From IMG/VR virus record IMGVR_UViG_3300050821_009835, positions 186,001 through 250,000 of that record: 64,000 nucleotides of DNA; one strand, 5' to 3'. A model generated the notes under the pieces. It was not told the DNA's origin and searched no databases. It worked only from the letters and a program-made list of their open reading frames with translations. Within the stretch, counting starts at the first letter, position 1. The number at the start of each line of letters is the position of its first letter. The position numbers were made by a program, and so were the translations under genes. Shown here piece by piece: positions 9,662-20,436 of the stretch.

Positions 9662-12481
9662 ATGGCAACTTTGAACCAAACTACGACGAATGCTATACGA
9701 AATATCTCTCAGACCGTTCAAGAAAGAGAGATAGTTAAGACAGCACCGGACATCGTCGTGTTTATTGACGGGCTGCCCTATTTGCTCAATCCATATCTCG
9801 GTAGTGGAGTGGGCAGTACATCAACTTCTGCCCCGCAGAACGGTGTAGATTATACTCTTGTGAATTTCAACAATTACGTTCAGGCATTCAACGCCACTTA
9901 TGACGTTGACAACTTCAAACCTGAGTGTACTGTTAATCTATCTGTCCCCAACCAAGCTAAGTATATGTTTCAGTCACCGGGTGGAGCTAACCTGATTGAA
10001 AGCATGAGCGAGTTACAGGTTTTTGCTAAAAACTATTTTCCAGCAGCAGATGGGAATACGGTCTATACTCGTGTGTTTAAAGGAGTAACTGCTCATATTA
10101 CGCATACAGATACTGGGAAGTCTTTAGAAATCAGCATTCAGGGCTCCGGTGTGTTGCGGTTTTTTGAGCTTATGCAGATAGAGTTGAATCCTTCATTGAT
10201 GACAAATTCTGAGAATCCTGCTCAACCTATGAAGTCTAACCAAGCTGCTTTAGACCCTTATCAACAGATAGCTGACACCTTTAAGCGGGGTATATCTTTT
10301 GAAGGTTTTCAATATTCTTCAATGCTTGAACAGAGAGTCCCAGATAGTGATTTTTCCAATGCAGTCAAAGCTGGATACATCAATAAATGGCAGCCCATCT
10401 TGAATAATATCCGTAAGGACGTTCATATTTTTGGCTATTTTTCAGGATTATCGTCTTTGGACATAAACGCTATTTCAGTCCCGAGCGCAAAAGTGGGGAA
10501 GGCAGGGCCACAGTACCTTCCGATTTCTAATGATAAAATCGGTACTCTTCTGGAGAGTGATCCTTCCCATGATCTGTATGTTAGTATTATTCGCGGCTAC
10601 TTACCCGATTTTTCGATAGGTACTATCAATCTCCTTAACAGTCAGTTTTCTTCTCGCCTTGAGCGAATTCGTACTATTGCTCAAGCTATAGGTTTCGAAG
10701 GATATCAGGATATTAATGGCGAAATCATCATTAAGCCACCGTTGTATAATCTGGATGTGACTAACACTACACCTTTGCCTAACACATCCGCAACTGTGAC
10801 TAATCCGTCATCTCCTAACACTTCTACAGTTCCAAGTCAGGCTACCCAATCTCAGATTTCAGATATTAACAAGAAATTGACAGATCAGAACAATCCATTC
10901 ATCGTTCATTTGTCAGAGATTAGAACAGAATCTGAAACCGAAGACGAACAAGGCATTCGAGCAACTCGTATGACCATTCAACCTGGTTGGGACCGTCAAT
11001 TTATGTATAACGAGGGCACAGGTGGCCTTCGTGAAGCTGTTTATCATATAGATATTGCTAAACTTGCCAAGTTCGGTTTACGAGAGGAACCGCCGCGTAC
11101 TCTTGCTTGGTTGAATAGTGGGGATAAATTCGCAGCTTATGCTTATGCAACCAGTGAATTAAATCGAGCTAACCGAGGATACCGAACTTACCAGATCACC
11201 ATACCGATGCGCCCGGAATTAAAGCTGGGGTTTCCAATGTTTTTTCCCCACCGTGATATGTACGGGTATATTCGTTCTGTCAACATTAGCTACCAGATGG
11301 GCGGGGAAGCCAGCATGAGTATTTTGTTGGATACATTACGCAAGCGGCCAATGTTTCCAGCTACTCACACTCTCTCAGATCAAACTGACCCCACGACTGG
11401 GAAACCCAAGACTGTTACTATTTACACTACACAGCCAAACCTTGTAATGAAGTGGACCGAGCCACCCTCGCCGCCTCCATCATCTTTGAATCAATTGTCT
11501 GGGCAAAGCAATTTGGATGCAGCTACAGCGTTTACACTTGGGCAACCCACAGGAACAACTTCCAGTGATGGGGATTCATGTACCGACAATCCAGCAGTAA
11601 ACCTTGTGGGAAACCCGGCAACTCAGATAGCCTCAACTAATGCTCCAGTTTATCAAGAGCAACTCCAAGTTGTCAATTATCGTCGTTCACAGCTTGGTAC
11701 AACTTGGGGCACTAAGGTGGATACAACAACTAAGAGTTTTCGTGTTCAGAATGATCTTGAAACTCAGGCTCTTTCAAACGGGGTTTCTCCTTACGGCGCT
11801 GGTGGGCAGGGCTACCCGGCATCTGGTGTAAAGCCAAACACACCTTTCTTCTCTAGAGATCGGTGGTTGGCGCAAACTGCCGCGTTAAATCCAGATGGCA
11901 CTGCTGTAATAAACCCGGCAACTGGCCAAAATGTGCCAACTTCTGGCATTAATGCTATCTACTTCGATCGTATTCTTGTAGAACAACCTTATACAGACGA
12001 GAAAGGCTATGAGGTCGTTACACCATTTCCTTGGGGGAGATGGAAGACTTTGCCGGAAGCCTATTCCGAAACCAGGCAAGGCACTATTGTCCCGAATCCT
12101 GACTCACAGACTCAAGCGGTATTACAAGGAGTTAACGCTTTCTTGTTTGCTGGTATGGGAACACCCCAAGGTTCGCTAGAAGCGGGCGGAAACTTGTTGG
12201 ATGCCTTGACAAATTTAACCTCACAGGTTGAAAACAATGATTCCTTCGAACTCGTTCCGGCTACTTCTACTGGGCCTGGGTCAGAGTCTTCAATTTTGAG
12301 CACACAAGAACCGGATCAGCAGCCCAATACGAGTCAGTATTTGAATACGAATACACCAGATCAATCGCAAGCAGCGGTGAATATATTTTTGAGTGGTGCA
12401 GCAGCTCAGAGCACCACCACGAGTTCAATTTTGGACAACATCGAAAATGAGATGGGAAACCCGGTAGGTCCTAATGCTTAA
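9662..12481 (+). CDS. Baseplate hub-like protein
   Basis: 939 aa. Contains RVFKGVT, GYQDINGEIIIKPPLY and ITIPMRPELKLGFP...YIRSVNISY (gp27/VgrG-like layout); followed by the spike-like gene. Confidence 0.6.
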   Translation: MATLNQTTTNAIRNISQTVQEREIVKTAPDIVVFIDGLPYLLNPYLGSGVGSTSTSAPQNGVDYTLVNFNNYVQAFNATYDVDNFKPECTVNLSVPNQAKYMFQSPGGANLIESMSELQVFAKNYFPAADGNTVYTRVFKGVTAHITHTDTGKSLEISIQGSGVLRFFELMQIELNPSLMTNSENPAQPMKSNQAALDPYQQIADTFKRGISFEGFQYSSMLEQRVPDSDFSNAVKAGYINKWQPILNNIRKDVHIFGYFSGLSSLDINAISVPSAKVGKAGPQYLPISNDKIGTLLESDPSHDLYVSIIRGYLPDFSIGTINLLNSQFSSRLERIRTIAQAIGFEGYQDINGEIIIKPPLYNLDVTNTTPLPNTSATVTNPSSPNTSTVPSQATQSQISDINKKLTDQNNPFIVHLSEIRTESETEDEQGIRATRMTIQPGWDRQFMYNEGTGGLREAVYHIDIAKLAKFGLREEPPRTLAWLNSGDKFAAYAYATSELNRANRGYRTYQITIPMRPELKLGFPMFFPHRDMYGYIRSVNISYQMGGEASMSILLDTLRKRPMFPATHTLSDQTDPTTGKPKTVTIYTTQPNLVMKWTEPPSPPPSSLNQLSGQSNLDAATAFTLGQPTGTTSSDGDSCTDNPAVNLVGNPATQIASTNAPVYQEQLQVVNYRRSQLGTTWGTKVDTTTKSFRVQNDLETQALSNGVSPYGAGGQGYPASGVKPNTPFFSRDRWLAQTAALNPDGTAVINPATGQNVPTSGINAIYFDRILVEQPYTDEKGYEVVTPFPWGRWKTLPEAYSETRQGTIVPNPDSQTQAVLQGVNAFLFAGMGTPQGSLEAGGNLLDALTNLTSQVENNDSFELVPATSTGPGSESSILSTQEPDQQPNTSQYLNTNTPDQSQAAVNIFLSGAAAQSTTTSSILDNIENEMGNPVGPNA

Positions 12482-14861
12482 GAACAACGCTGATTTGTAT
12501 AAGCCGGGGCCGAGTGAACTTTCTCGCGACGACTTGATGTACCAGGTCTTTGCTGCTCGTGTTCTTACCGTAGATTTTGAACGAAAGGTTTGTACCCTTC
12601 AAGATGTACGAACAGGAATAAACTACACAGATATAAACATCTTTCCTGCTACAGCTTCCGCTTTTGAATCTACAGAAATTAGCATGCCAGAACCAGGGAC
12701 CACCTGCATCGCCGCCCCGGTTTGGTGGAGGGGCGGCTATCAACAAATTGCTATAATCGCGTATATGGCAGCCGATATGGATCGCGCTCAGGACGCGATT
12801 GCAGTCCGCCCTATTGAGGGCGTGGAAGGTTACAGTAATCGTCGTCGTGGCACTTACCGTAAAGCATTCTGGGGTCAAAAAACTGTATCCAATGTTTATG
12901 GATACACTGAAAAGATTGATGGAGATTGGGATCGTAGCGGTAAAGATTTTACACGGGATAAGTTAGATTCTGATCGTCGTCAATGGACTCAGATTGCGGG
13001 ACGTCGAGTGGAATACTCCGACGCAGGGGTGGTATTTAGTGGACCGATTAATCGTCCGTCAGCTACTAACATTGCTCCCCGGACTCTCCCTGATGGTACA
13101 CAAGAGTTTGTTTACTATCTCCAACCCGGCGCTCAGGTGCAGGATCGCTATATCAACGGTAAACAAGATGTCATCCCGTTTGCAGAAAACACGCAACGAG
13201 TTCAGGAATATTCGCTTGATTACCCACTGCCTCCTGAAGTTTTAGAGACCCCGTTATTCGATTTTATTCTAGGAACTACGCAGAATCCTTGGAATAGAAC
13301 AACAGTCGGCGGTTTGGCTGTTACAGGTTCTACAGTAGGAACAGTCCAAGCTGACAGTCAAACGTATGTCATCAATCAAGATGCTGATCACCCATACACT
13401 CGAGGAATTCCTACAGTCGGGCCAACAACGAAGGAAGGCCCAACTCCTGCACGACGGGGCTTCATTGTTGAAAAATCTGAAGGAACGTTGGTTGGGTATA
13501 ATCTTTTCGATACGTTCACTTACGGCCAGGTTCTTAAACCTGTCCTTTTCCCGTACACGGTCCCGGGACGTTTCGGTGCTGATGTTGATTCTTCTTACTT
13601 GCCCGTAATTGATTCTACAGATCATATTGAAGCCAGGCTTGCGGCTTCAGCTATGGCAATTCGATTTCCTCAAGAGTACAACACTGTTCGTTGGGATGTA
13701 ACCAAAGAAGGATTTATCTCTTTCGAAATTGGATCAACCCTTCCTAAAGAGAACATTCCCCTACTCCCGGCAAACAGTTACGAACATCCCCATGGTGCGG
13801 GGCGTTCCATGGAAGGCCATCTTGTTGGTTCTTTAAAATTGGTCATTGGTAAGAATCGTGATGAAGAGGATGCCATAGATCTTCAGGCTTTAGGACAAAC
13901 TGTCTTACGGCTCGGGGCCGATGACGCTTCTCTTCCGAACGATCGTCGTTCCGTTATGTCTCAGGAACGTGGAAAGATGGACACTCCTAATGTTAGGAAA
14001 AATCCAGATTTCCCTCAATATTGGTCAAAGGCGCGACTTCAGCCAAACGCAGATGCAGGTACTTACGGCAGTCCGAATTCTAATCAGTTGAAGGCAGGAG
14101 CAGAAAACGTTTCTTTGCGCGTAGCCACTGATGGTGGTATAGTAGCACGATTCGGCGCCAAATCTTCCAATGCTTTGCGCCGTCATTTGATGAACGGGTA
14201 TGCTGATCCGCAAGGAACTCAGTATCAGTCCAGTTCAAATGCTTCACGTGTGGATTCTAAATCCCCAGGGCGTCAATTTTACGCAGCGGGTGATAGCAAC
14301 TACGCCTTCCATGATTTGACACAAGCAGGTGCCCCGGCTGCTACTTTTAATGGGAAACCTGCTGGTTTCCCGCCATATAATGCTAGTGCCTGGTTTGGTA
14401 ATCCAGTGCCAGCAGGCATGGATTCATACGGAAGATCTATAGATATCCACACAGTTGCAGATATTTTAGTCCGTGCTGGTACTAATCCAGATAATCTTCA
14501 ATCTTTATTGGCGGATCTCGCAGGTGGTATCGTCGCGTGGATTGGAGCTGATAAACAGGGTCGTTCTATTACAGCTTCTCTGGACGGCGGCGTTCAGTTA
14601 GTCATCAATAAGAATGGAAAGACTGGTAAAGGTCTTCAACTTCAAATCATTGGAGATGTGGATCTTACTGTTATAGGAAATTGGCATCAGCACGTTACAG
14701 GTGATATCGTAATGGAATGTGCAGCTTTTCGACAGATTACAAAAACTGACCATGTGTTGACGGCCCAGAAAATCATTGAATCAGCCCTTACTAGAATCAC
14801 AAACGAGGCTCCGGAACTTATTCATAACCAAGGACTTTACAGCTCCAATGAAAACTCTTAA
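12474..14861 (+). CDS. Baseplate spike (gp5/gpV-like) protein
   Basis: N-terminal OB-like ARVLTVDFERKVCTL...MPEPGTTCI and C-terminal beta-helix-type IIGDVDLTVIGNWHQHVTGD. Confidence 0.6.
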   Translation: MLKNNADLYKPGPSELSRDDLMYQVFAARVLTVDFERKVCTLQDVRTGINYTDINIFPATASAFESTEISMPEPGTTCIAAPVWWRGGYQQIAIIAYMAADMDRAQDAIAVRPIEGVEGYSNRRRGTYRKAFWGQKTVSNVYGYTEKIDGDWDRSGKDFTRDKLDSDRRQWTQIAGRRVEYSDAGVVFSGPINRPSATNIAPRTLPDGTQEFVYYLQPGAQVQDRYINGKQDVIPFAENTQRVQEYSLDYPLPPEVLETPLFDFILGTTQNPWNRTTVGGLAVTGSTVGTVQADSQTYVINQDADHPYTRGIPTVGPTTKEGPTPARRGFIVEKSEGTLVGYNLFDTFTYGQVLKPVLFPYTVPGRFGADVDSSYLPVIDSTDHIEARLAASAMAIRFPQEYNTVRWDVTKEGFISFEIGSTLPKENIPLLPANSYEHPHGAGRSMEGHLVGSLKLVIGKNRDEEDAIDLQALGQTVLRLGADDASLPNDRRSVMSQERGKMDTPNVRKNPDFPQYWSKARLQPNADAGTYGSPNSNQLKAGAENVSLRVATDGGIVARFGAKSSNALRRHLMNGYADPQGTQYQSSSNASRVDSKSPGRQFYAAGDSNYAFHDLTQAGAPAATFNGKPAGFPPYNASAWFGNPVPAGMDSYGRSIDIHTVADILVRAGTNPDNLQSLLADLAGGIVAWIGADKQGRSITASLDGGVQLVINKNGKTGKGLQLQIIGDVDLTVIGNWHQHVTGDIVMECAAFRQITKTDHVLTAQKIIESALTRITNEAPELIHNQGLYSSNENS

Positions 14862-15693
14862 AACTCAAGGCGTGTATGGCATAACACTGGTTTTGGATGG
14901 CCGTGTGTATGTTGGCAGTTCCAATGAATGTGAACGTCGTTTGCAGGAGCATTTGCATGATTTACGATTGGGAAAACACGAAAATCCCTATCTTCAAAAT
15001 GCTTGGAACAAACATGGGGAGGAGAATTTTCTGTTTGAAATTCTAGAGGTGGTGAAAGACAAGATTTGGCTACGAGCTAGAGAGCAGGCTGGGTTCTCTC
15101 GTTTTCATAGTTGTGACCCTAAATTTGGTTTCAATATCTCAAAAGACGCTTGGTGGGCTAGTGTAAATCATGATCCGGAGACGCTAAAAAGAAAAACTGA
15201 AAAACTTCGACAATATTTGAACCTTCCGGAAGTTAAAGCAAAACGGTCAAAGTTGATGAAAGATGTTTGTAATCGTCCTGGTCAACGAGAGAAATTGCAA
15301 GCAGCGGGAAAATTGACAGCGAAGCCTTTTGAGCTAATAGATCCTAAAGGGAAGAGATTTTCTGGAGTTAATTTAAAGGCATTTTGTTTAGCAAACAACT
15401 TGGTTTACACAAAAATGTGTGGAGTTAATAACGGAGAGTTTGCCTATTCTGGTTGGAAATACCCTTCATTTAATGAAGAAATTCATAAATTAGAGATTTC
15501 CAGAATTCGTTCAAAAGCAGGCATCAAGCGGTACCAGAACCCAAAAGAGCGGGAGAGAGTAGCAAAAAACTCAACCAATTGGCACCATAACCCCAATACT
15601 CTAGAAGCTAGAAAACTTCGTGGATTACACATTAGTCAAAGCAAAAAGGGGAAGAAATTCAATAGAACCTCAGCCTCGGGAGTCGCTGCCTAA
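14776..15693 (+). mobile_element. Free-standing GIY-YIG homing endonuclease (likely start ATG 14848)
   Basis: GVYGITLVLDGRVYVGSS...RLQEH..L...HENPYLQNAWNKHGEENFLFEILE; sits inside the baseplate operon. Confidence 0.85.
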
Positions 15694-18611
15694 TGTCATC
15701 TCTTCCATCCAATCTCGCAGCAGTTGAACTTTGGCCGATTCGGGCGAAAGGCGCAGTCACACGCCTCAGCCCGTTTTCTGATCCAGCTATCACACAATTT
15801 TATCAGAAATCAATTGAAGAAGGTCGACTCCTCGAAAACTCCATTGCGGATGCGAATGATCAACTTCTGAAGAGGAAACAGCAGCTCTATGACTTGATTA
15901 CGAATTACGCGCACATGCAGAGCATCGGCGTAAACGGCCAGCTCAAGTATACACCTCGTGTAATCAAACTTGCTAATGATGTTGTCCAGATTATCAATGT
16001 CATCACGACGATTCAGGGTGAACTGCGGGGGGTGTTGGGCGCTTTAACTCAAAACCTTACCATACTTGCATCTATTGAGCGTTCTCTTTTACAGGAAGTT
16101 CAAACAACGCTCAACTCGTTAGCTAATCTTCTTCAAAACATCTGTAATTGGGGCTTGCCTTCACTCCCTTCACTCCCCAATCTATTTCCTGATGGTCTCT
16201 GGAACTGGCAGGGTTTCAACTTTTCTCCCTTGTTCAACTTGAGTCAGTTGTTTAAACCCAATCTCCCGAACTTATCGGCGTTTTCTCAATTTTCGTTTAG
16301 TCAGTGTTCTCTAATGAATCTAGGACTTGTCAATAACCCGAGCACTAACAATCCTCTTCAGATCACAGGCTACAGCGGCAACACTTTGGGTACTCCTCCC
16401 ACTATACTCCCGGCTCCGTTGAATGGTTTGATTCTTAATTCCCCAACGCAGGCGCAGTTGAATCAAACTGTAACTCCTGTATACAGTGCCACGACATTTA
16501 ATCCCAATACGAGTATGATAGGCAGTCTGCCAGACCCCTCCACCATTTTGAGCGATTATCAGATGCCGAGTGCCACGTATCAATCCAACATTTTAAGTTT
16601 GATCCCGGCTACACTCAACCAAGTCATTGAGCCGACAGACGCAGACTATACCAATCCCAATTATGGTGTTCGCAACCCATTGGAAGTGAAGTCACTTGCA
16701 ACTAGTATCACACTTGGGGAAGTGGTGGCTTCAAACTATGACCCTTATATAGTGTCTGCTTGGTTGTTCTACCTCAGTCTCAATTTTACGGGTCGTGCTG
16801 GTCTTTGGCTCCCGAATTTTGCTCAACTATACAGCGCAGTTATCCTCCCATCTCTAACCTCGCTTTCTCAAAATGCAGTGCCTTTTAACAACTTCACGGG
16901 TACTGTGGTCGATACACCCACAGATATTCCACTTACTGATCTATTGAAGAATCTATCCCCCGGCTTGCTTCAAAACATGCTTTGGAAATTATCGTATATC
17001 GAAGCTTCATTGCTTGGTTACACAAGAAATAAAACCTGGGATTCGGGCGCGGATACATTGTTTACGGCTAGTTTTACGAGTGTAGATCTCGATTACGAGG
17101 TAACCCTAATCAGTGCCGAGGTTACAACTTTGATTTTGGGCCAGACCACGGCTCAATATCCTGTCCCTTGCACATTTCCATCTTCACTTACAACAGTGCT
17201 CAATGAAGTTATCACGATCGCCACGGCTGATATCAACGCTACGTCAAACTATTTGTCCCCGCACCCACAGTATCGATATGTCTACAATCAGTTTGCTCAA
17301 GCAACTGTAGTTGATCGTTTTTCGCAATTCTGGCGCGAGTTTAACAGCAATCTTATTGTATTCTTGAGCATGGACCCCTACGTTGTACAGCGCGTGGCTT
17401 CGTACCCGCAGACCTTAGATGGAGTGCTGAATCCTTTGGCGAACACGGTTGATATCGCCGCTTATAATCAAGTATTGAGTGATAGTCTAACTCGTAATAG
17501 ATCCTGGATTCCTGGTTCTGATCTTTTGACGCTCCCCATAGCCCCAGTTGTGGCATTCAGCAATACAACTACCCCTCCAAACACAGGATGGAGTGGAACC
17601 ACTTTTAATAGTCAAGCATACCTAAATCGCCCGGATATTCAGGCTTTACCCATCCCAACACAAATGGCCATGCTCCGTACGAATATCAGCTACGCGGGCA
17701 TTATGCAATTTTCTCAAAATCTTCAGGCTGAAATTCAAACGCAGATGAACAGCATAAATGCTGCACTAGCTCAGATCAGTACTCTGGGTTTCTACACCAG
17801 TGACGTCACTGCGGTAACAGGAGTCGGGGAGACACCCACGCCGATAGAGTTCGATTCTATCACTGCCCCAAACGATTTTGATTTAACGGGATATACCGCC
17901 ATCCCTCCAGGGACAACATTCACGATTCAGAATTCAGGAGTGTTTTCTATTACAGGTCAACTCAACTGGAGCGGCGGAGGGCCAGGAACGTATACGATTC
18001 AGATTACTCAAAATGGAGGAGTTGTTTTTCAATCGGAACCTATGGTTGGGAGTGGCACTTTCACCCAGCAGTTCGTATCAAATGGGGGTTTCAATCAAGG
18101 TGATGAGATTCAAGTTCTCGCGTACACTACAGCTACGGGTTCAGGCAGCCCCCCAAATATCTTCGTGGGGTCAGGTAGTTTTTTCAGCATGATTTTGTCC
18201 ATCCCCACTCCCGGCCTACCACCTGGGCCAATTCCCCCAGTATCTCAGTTGGGTGCCACTAAGACCTTTACAGCTGATGGAAATTTTCCGATAGGAACTG
18301 CTGTTAGGGTTGACTCCAGTGGCAACGTAGTTGCCGTGGATCCTACAATTGGTAAGCCTGGTCCTCCAGTTCCTTACGTGGATGGGATTGCAACTTCAAT
18401 TGGAGTTGCGGGTCAGCCTGTGGATGTCATTGTTAGCTATGGAAGCTACGTTCAAGTTTCTGGCTTACCAGCTTTTACTGTAGGGCAGGGCATCTACGTT
18501 GGAATAAGCGGTTTGGTGACTCAACCCAATCCCAATTTGACTTGGACGATATATGTTGGAATAGCTCTTTCCGACAATACCTTTCTCTTCGAACCCCACA
18601 TTCCCCAGTAA
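15693..18611 (+). CDS. Large virion structural protein with C-terminal C1q-like and cement-like beta domains
   Basis: 972 aa, rich in N/S/T/P/L. PIEFDS...FTIQNSGVFSITGQLNW (C1q/BclA-like) then GTAVRVD...DGIA...GQGIYVG (DUF2190-like). Confidence 0.5.
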   Translation: MSSLPSNLAAVELWPIRAKGAVTRLSPFSDPAITQFYQKSIEEGRLLENSIADANDQLLKRKQQLYDLITNYAHMQSIGVNGQLKYTPRVIKLANDVVQIINVITTIQGELRGVLGALTQNLTILASIERSLLQEVQTTLNSLANLLQNICNWGLPSLPSLPNLFPDGLWNWQGFNFSPLFNLSQLFKPNLPNLSAFSQFSFSQCSLMNLGLVNNPSTNNPLQITGYSGNTLGTPPTILPAPLNGLILNSPTQAQLNQTVTPVYSATTFNPNTSMIGSLPDPSTILSDYQMPSATYQSNILSLIPATLNQVIEPTDADYTNPNYGVRNPLEVKSLATSITLGEVVASNYDPYIVSAWLFYLSLNFTGRAGLWLPNFAQLYSAVILPSLTSLSQNAVPFNNFTGTVVDTPTDIPLTDLLKNLSPGLLQNMLWKLSYIEASLLGYTRNKTWDSGADTLFTASFTSVDLDYEVTLISAEVTTLILGQTTAQYPVPCTFPSSLTTVLNEVITIATADINATSNYLSPHPQYRYVYNQFAQATVVDRFSQFWREFNSNLIVFLSMDPYVVQRVASYPQTLDGVLNPLANTVDIAAYNQVLSDSLTRNRSWIPGSDLLTLPIAPVVAFSNTTTPPNTGWSGTTFNSQAYLNRPDIQALPIPTQMAMLRTNISYAGIMQFSQNLQAEIQTQMNSINAALAQISTLGFYTSDVTAVTGVGETPTPIEFDSITAPNDFDLTGYTAIPPGTTFTIQNSGVFSITGQLNWSGGGPGTYTIQITQNGGVVFQSEPMVGSGTFTQQFVSNGGFNQGDEIQVLAYTTATGSGSPPNIFVGSGSFFSMILSIPTPGLPPGPIPPVSQLGATKTFTADGNFPIGTAVRVDSSGNVVAVDPTIGKPGPPVPYVDGIATSIGVAGQPVDVIVSYGSYVQVSGLPAFTVGQGIYVGISGLVTQPNPNLTWTIYVGIALSDNTFLFEPHIPQ

Positions 18612-18639
18612 TTCGGTATCATTTCAGAAGGAGTTAAAA

Positions 18640-18987
18640 ATGAAGTTGATGATGATGGAAGACGAGATTCATGCCTATCTAATTGATGTGATTGCCGATT
18701 TTGTACGTGGCGGAGGTGTCTCGTTAGGCAATTTAGAGATTATGGCACAGCTGCATCATGCAATAAAGAAGGCTCAGGATATCGATTTTTCCAAGTTAGG
18801 GAAAATGACATTGGATAAAATTGGCTCAGATGGAATTTCTATGGGACTTGACCTGAGCAATCAGCAATCTGACGATAAAACTGAAACTGATCGTATTCGC
18901 TGTGAAACAGGAGGTCCGCTTCCTTATGACAGCGGTCACCCTGACCAACCCTTAATGACTGTTGAGCATCGCGGTCCAGGCTGTTAA
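18640..18987 (+). CDS. Hypothetical protein
   Basis: 115-aa ORF with AAGGAG RBS. Confidence 0.55.
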   Translation: MKLMMMEDEIHAYLIDVIADFVRGGGVSLGNLEIMAQLHHAIKKAQDIDFSKLGKMTLDKIGSDGISMGLDLSNQQSDDKTETDRIRCETGGPLPYDSGHPDQPLMTVEHRGPGC

Positions 18988-19019
18988 AACTTTCAATTCC
19001 TGAATAGGGGAGAATTAAA

Positions 19020-19805
19020 ATGTTAACAGATCAGGCTTTACTCGAATTGTGTGTTCAAATCTCTGGTGGGTTTGAAAACTCTGCTGGAGCCTCGTACACT
19101 ACGGTTGCAGGGGACGAAGATGGCCAGGGATTCTCGGCTGGCGTGCTACAGTGGAATGCCGGGCAAGGCACCCTTCAAATTCTACTCCAACACATCGGTG
19201 CTGCCATGGGTTGGTCAAAGGCGCAGACTTATTTCAAGTCTGATATTCAACATCTTTCCACATTGAACACGACAGCCGCTGTTCAATTTTGTATTCAGCA
19301 CTATATTGTCAATGGAGGTACAGCGGTTGCTCCTGACGCAAAAACTGCCTGGCAGAATTTTCTGAGTACTCCTGAATCAATAGCTGCCCAGATTCAGATG
19401 GCGAGCATGGGTATTTTAAGCCACACTAAAAGCCTTGTTTCCCAGTTTACTTCAGCGTATGTTGGCCGTACCCGCCCGTATGCTTTCTTTTTTGATCTTA
19501 TTACGCAGGAGGGTGGCATGCGTAATGCTAACGGGGCAGTTCTTCCGGTATCCTCTGCAACGCTGGCAGATTGTCAACCAGCACTTGTGATGGCAAATCA
19601 GAATAACCCTAAATGCGAGGCAATTTGGGAGATTGTACTTCCTAATGATTCATTAGCACAACTTCTTCTATACTACGCTTATGAGCGTAGCATCTTGGCT
19701 AGTCCTCCCTATGTCTGGGACGCATTGTCTAGACGTGGGAGCATTGCTTGTTTGGGGGGCATTGTCCATGGAGCCACGGTTAACTTGAAAAATCTCTTGG
19801 ATTGA
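19020..19805 (+). CDS. Lysozyme-superfamily peptidoglycan hydrolase, candidate endolysin
   Basis: FE...YTTVAGDEDGQGFSAGVLQWNAGQGTLQ motif; last gene of the structural operon. Confidence 0.55.
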   Translation: MLTDQALLELCVQISGGFENSAGASYTTVAGDEDGQGFSAGVLQWNAGQGTLQILLQHIGAAMGWSKAQTYFKSDIQHLSTLNTTAAVQFCIQHYIVNGGTAVAPDAKTAWQNFLSTPESIAAQIQMASMGILSHTKSLVSQFTSAYVGRTRPYAFFFDLITQEGGMRNANGAVLPVSSATLADCQPALVMANQNNPKCEAIWEIVLPNDSLAQLLLYYAYERSILASPPYVWDALSRRGSIACLGGIVHGATVNLKNLLD

Positions 19806-19807
19806 GT

Positions 19808-20035
19808 TTAGATTTCAGCCGTTGTTTTGGACGTTTCATCCCATTCATCCATAACAATTTCAGTAGGAACTTCCACTAATCTACCAGGGGCACCTTGTCT
19901 TTTGAGTCCATCAACAAGTGATTTGGCGAATGCCAAACCCACACCTTTTCTGGTGGTGTACTCGGCGTAGATACCAATAGTGGTAAGAATATCCACGCGA
20001 TATGCCCTACGATTAGAGATAAGTTTCTTACGCAT
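19808..20035 (-). CDS. Small hypothetical protein
   Basis: 75-aa ATG ORF convergent with the lysin-like gene. Confidence 0.45.
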   Translation of the reverse strand: MRKKLISNRRAYRVDILTTIGIYAEYTTRKGVGLAFAKSLVDGLKRQGAPGRLVEVPTEIVMDEWDETSKTTAEI

Positions 20036-20113
20036 GTAGTAAATCTACGGCAAGAGATAAAAAACTAGCTAAAACACTTCCTCTCCAAGTAGTATAGACG
20101 TGGACGACCACAT

Positions 20114-20406
20114 ATGAAGATCTGGCACAAAACCGTGAAAGAACTCCCACCAGCTCAATTTTTCAGACATACGGCCCCGGTATTCAACTAAAAGAACTCC
20201 GTGCTTGGGAAGCAGCAGGCAAACCCGACATCGGTCGCCCCATTCACTTACTCGTTGTCGCCAACATTGATAATCATCCTCGAATCGAACTTTGGAAACA
20301 AGGTACGACTTCAGAGAATTACTTCAAACAGATAGTTTTAGAGTGGTCTTTCGCACCTGATGTCCCCAAAGAATATTGGGCACCACATGCCCAGAAAACT
20401 ACCTGA
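20114..20406 (+). pseudogene. ~97-aa ORF interrupted by a -1 shift in a T5 run (frameshifted gene or sequence error)
   Basis: The ATG 20114 frame stops at 20191. The -1 frame from the T-run (20159-20163) is open to TGA 20406 and has no ATG/GTG/TTG start of its own. Confidence 0.45.
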
Positions 20407-20436
20407 TTTCTGAGTCTTTACCGTAGATTCAAAGCG

